A DNA stretch of 64,000 bases from Gammaproteobacteria bacterium (GTDB taxonomy: Bacteria; Pseudomonadota; Gammaproteobacteria; S144-34), in the NCBI GenBank assembly GCA_026989495.1, contig JALSJE010000048.1:1198-65197 (forward strand), written 5' to 3'. The notes beneath the pieces were generated by a model that was given only the letters and a program-made list of their open reading frames with translations, was not told where the DNA came from and did not search any database. How positions within the stretch are numbered: position 1 is the first letter of the stretch; every line of letters begins with the position of its first letter. The position numbers and the translations under genes were made by a program. Of the stretch, positions 61,607 through 64,000 are shown in pieces.

Positions 61607-64000
61607 TTAGAGGGCGCGGATGCGCTCGGCCTGGGCCTCGAGGCCGGCGATGGCGCGCTCGAGCTCGGCGGCCCGCTGCCGCTCCTTCTCCACCACCGCC
61701 GCCGGGGCCTTCTCGACGAAGCTGGGGTTGGCGAGCTTGGACCGGGCCCGCTCGAGGCCGGCGCGCAGCTTCTCGAGCTCCTTGGCCAGGCGGCGCAGCT
61801 CGGCCTCCTTGTCGATCAGGCCCGCCATGGGGATGAGGACCTCCACCGCGCCCGCCACGGCGGTGGCCGACTCGGGCGGCTCCTCGCCCGCCTCCAGCCA
61901 GCGCAGCGACTCGATGCGCCCGAGCGCCCGCACCGCGCGCTCGTGGCGGGCGAGCCGCTCGCGCGCGGCGGCGTCGCCGCCGCGCAGCAGCACCGGCAGC
62001 GGCCGCGAGGGGGCGATGTCCATCTCGCCGCGGATGCGCCGCACCGCGAGCACCAGGTCCATCACCCAGCGCAGCTCGGCCTCGGCCGCAGGGTCGCGCG
62101 CGGCCTCGTCCGGCTCGGGATAGGGCCGCTCCATGATGGTTTCGCCGCGCACGCCCGCCACCGGGGCGATGCGCTGCCAGATCTCCTCCGTGATGAAGGG
62201 CATGATGGGGTGGGCAAGGCGCGCGAGCGCCTCCAGCACCTCCGCCAGCGTGCGGCGCACGGCGCGCTGGCGCGCGGGGTCGGCTTCAGGGTCGTTGAGC
62301 ACCGGCTTGGCGAGCTCCACGTACCAGTCGCAGTACTCGTCCCACACGAAGGCGTAGATCGCCTGGGCGGCGAGGTCGAAGCGGTAGCCGGCGAAGGCCT
62401 CGTGCACGGCGCGCACGGCCGCCTCCAGCCGCGAGCGGATCCAGCGCTCGGCCGGCCCGGGCTCGAGGTGCGCGACCGTCTGCCCTAGGTCCCGGCCCTC
62501 GGTGTTCATGAGCACGAAGCGCGCCGCGTTCCAGAGCTTGTTGCAGAAGTTGCGGTAGCCCTCGATGCGCCCGAGGTCGAAATTGATGTTGCGCCCGGGG
62601 GTGGCGAGCGAGGCGAAGGTGAAGCGCAGGGCGTCGGTCCCGTAGGCGGGAATGCCGTTGGGGAACTGGCGGCGGGTGGCGGCCTCGATGCGCCTGGCCA
62701 TCTGCGGCTGCATGAGGCCGCTGATGCGCTTGGCCACCAGCGACTCGAGGTCGATGCCGTCGATGAGGTCGATGGGATCGAGGACGTTGCCCTTCGACTT
62801 CGACATCTTCTGCCCCTCGGCGTCGCGCACCAGCCCGTGCACGTACACCTCGCGGAAGGGCACGTCGCCCGCGAAGCGCAGGCCCATCATGATCATGCGC
62901 GCGACCCAGAAGAAGATGATGTCGAAGCCCGTGACCAGCACGCTGGTGGGATAGAAGGTCCGCAGCTCGGGCGTCTCCTCGGGCCAGCCCAGGGTGGAGA
63001 AGGGCCACAGCGCCGAGGAGAACCAGGTGTCGAGCACGTCCGGGTCCTGCTCCAGGGGGACGTCCGCGGGCAGGCCCGCGCGCCGGCGCGCGTCCCGCTC
63101 GTCGTGGCCCACGTAGACGTTGCCATGGGGGTCGTACCAGGCCGGGATGCGGTGGCCCCACCAGATCTGGCGGCTGATGCACCAGTCCTGGATGTTGCGC
63201 ATCCACTCGAAGTAGGTCTTCGCCCAGCTCTCTGGGATGAAACGGATGCGGCCCTCCTCCACGGCGCGGATGGCGGGCTCGGCGAGCGGCTGCGTGCGCA
63301 CGAACCATTGGTCCGTGAGGAAGGGCTCGAGCACGGCACCGGTGCGGTCGCCGCGGGGAACGGCGTGGCGGTGGCGCTCGAGCTTCTCCAGCAGTCCCTG
63401 GGCCTCGAGGTCGGCGACCACGCGCTGGCGCGCCTCGAAGCGGTCGAGGCCGCGGTAGGGCTCGGGCACCTGGTCGTTGAGGTGCCCGTCGGCGGTGAGG
63501 ATGTTGACCATGGGCAGCCCGTGGCGGCGGCCCACCTCGTAGTCGTTGAAGTCGTGGGCGGGGGTGATCTTGACGCAGCCCGTGCCGAAGGCGGGGTCCA
63601 CGTAGTCGTCGGCGATGACCGGGATGCGGCGGCCGGCGAGCGGCAGCAGCACGTCCTTGCCTATGAGGTGGCGGTAGCGCTCGTCCTCGGGGTGCACGGC
63701 CACGGCCGTGTCGCCCAGGAGGGTCTCGGGGCGGGTGGTGGCGACCACCAGGTGGCCCGAGCCGTCGGCGAGCGGATAGCGGATGTGCCAGAGGTAGCCG
63801 TCCTCCTCCTCGGCCACCACCTCCAGGTCGGAGACGGCCGTGCGCAGCACCGGGTCCCAGTTGACCAGGCGCTTGCCCCGGTAGATGAGACCCTCCTCGT
63901 AGAGGCGGATGAAGACCTCGCGCACCGCGCGTGACATGCCCTCGTCCAGCGTGAAGCGCGCGCGGCTCCAGTCGATGGCGCAGCCGAGGCGGCGCATCTG
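61607..64000 (-). CDS. valS: valine--tRNA ligase (3' portion; N-terminus beyond window edge)
   Basis: KMSKS, class I editing/anticodon-binding regions and C-terminal coiled-coil. The ORF runs off the window end. Confidence 0.95.
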   Translation of the reverse strand, partial: QMRRLGCAIDWSRARFTLDEGMSRAVREVFIRLYEEGLIYRGKRLVNWDPVLRTAVSDLEVVAEEEDGYLWHIRYPLADGSGHLVVATTRPETLLGDTAVAVHPEDERYRHLIGKDVLLPLAGRRIPVIADDYVDPAFGTGCVKITPAHDFNDYEVGRRHGLPMVNILTADGHLNDQVPEPYRGLDRFEARQRVVADLEAQGLLEKLERHRHAVPRGDRTGAVLEPFLTDQWFVRTQPLAEPAIRAVEEGRIRFIPESWAKTYFEWMRNIQDWCISRQIWWGHRIPAWYDPHGNVYVGHDERDARRRAGLPADVPLEQDPDVLDTWFSSALWPFSTLGWPEETPELRTFYPTSVLVTGFDIIFFWVARMIMMGLRFAGDVPFREVYVHGLVRDAEGQKMSKSKGNVLDPIDLIDGIDLESLVAKRISGLMQPQMARRIEAATRRQFPNGIPAYGTDALRFTFASLATPGRNINFDLGRIEGYRNFCNKLWNAARFVLMNTEGRDLGQTVAHLEPGPAERWIRSRLEAAVRAVHEAFAGYRFDLAAQAIYAFVWDEYCDWYVELAKPVLNDPEADPARQRAVRRTLAEVLEALARLAHPIMPFITEEIWQRIAPVAGVRGETIMERPYPEPDEAARDPAAEAELRWVMDLVLAVRRIRGEMDIAPSRPLPVLLRGGDAAARERLARHERAVRALGRIESLRWLEAGEEPPESATAVAGAVEVLIPMAGLIDKEAELRRLAKELEKLRAGLERARSKLANPSFVEKAPAAVVEKERQRAAELERAIAGLEAQAERIRAL

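Overview
This is a high-GC (~70%) chromosomal segment with a gammaproteobacterial gene order: rnfABCDGE-nth, metG divergent from apbC, purMN, and grxD next to rnt. About 60 protein-coding genes can be supported; no rRNA, tRNA or CRISPR array was found. Most of the window is housekeeping. It holds an alanine symporter, a P-type ATPase, a KefB-like antiporter, modABC, argF/argD/argG, asnB, pyrC, an E1alpha/E1beta/E2-E3 2-oxoacid dehydrogenase cluster, the Rnf complex, metG, dcd, purMN, hda, leuA, a GGDEF sensor, a hybrid histidine kinase, cytochrome c peroxidase and the 3' part of valS. The many very long extra ORFs in the six-frame track are stop-free alternative frames of GC-rich DNA, not genes. 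The standout is a four-gene operon at 33170-35640 on the minus strand. It encodes a signal-peptide precursor carrying EGxCAGMK/EGKCG repeats, then a DUF692 (MNIO) enzyme, a DUF2063 partner and a DoxX membrane protein. That is the architecture of the copper-binding bufferin / oxazolone-thioamide peptide systems, here with an unusual CAGM repeat core. A ~168-bp multi-hairpin element occurs twice, at 14960-15128 and at 19928-20094 where it supplies the last 13 codons and the stop of asnB. An E2-E3 fusion ORF is also present. Other lower-interest observations include a Leu-rich putative leader peptide plus promoter upstream of leuA. There is also a low-GC vapBC islet and an FNR-like box upstream of the peroxidase gene. 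A class II amidotransferase homologue lacks its nucleophile Cys. A 25-codon hydrophobic ORF may have been missed by annotation. Coordinates refined by hand from the ORF track may be off by 1-3 nt.
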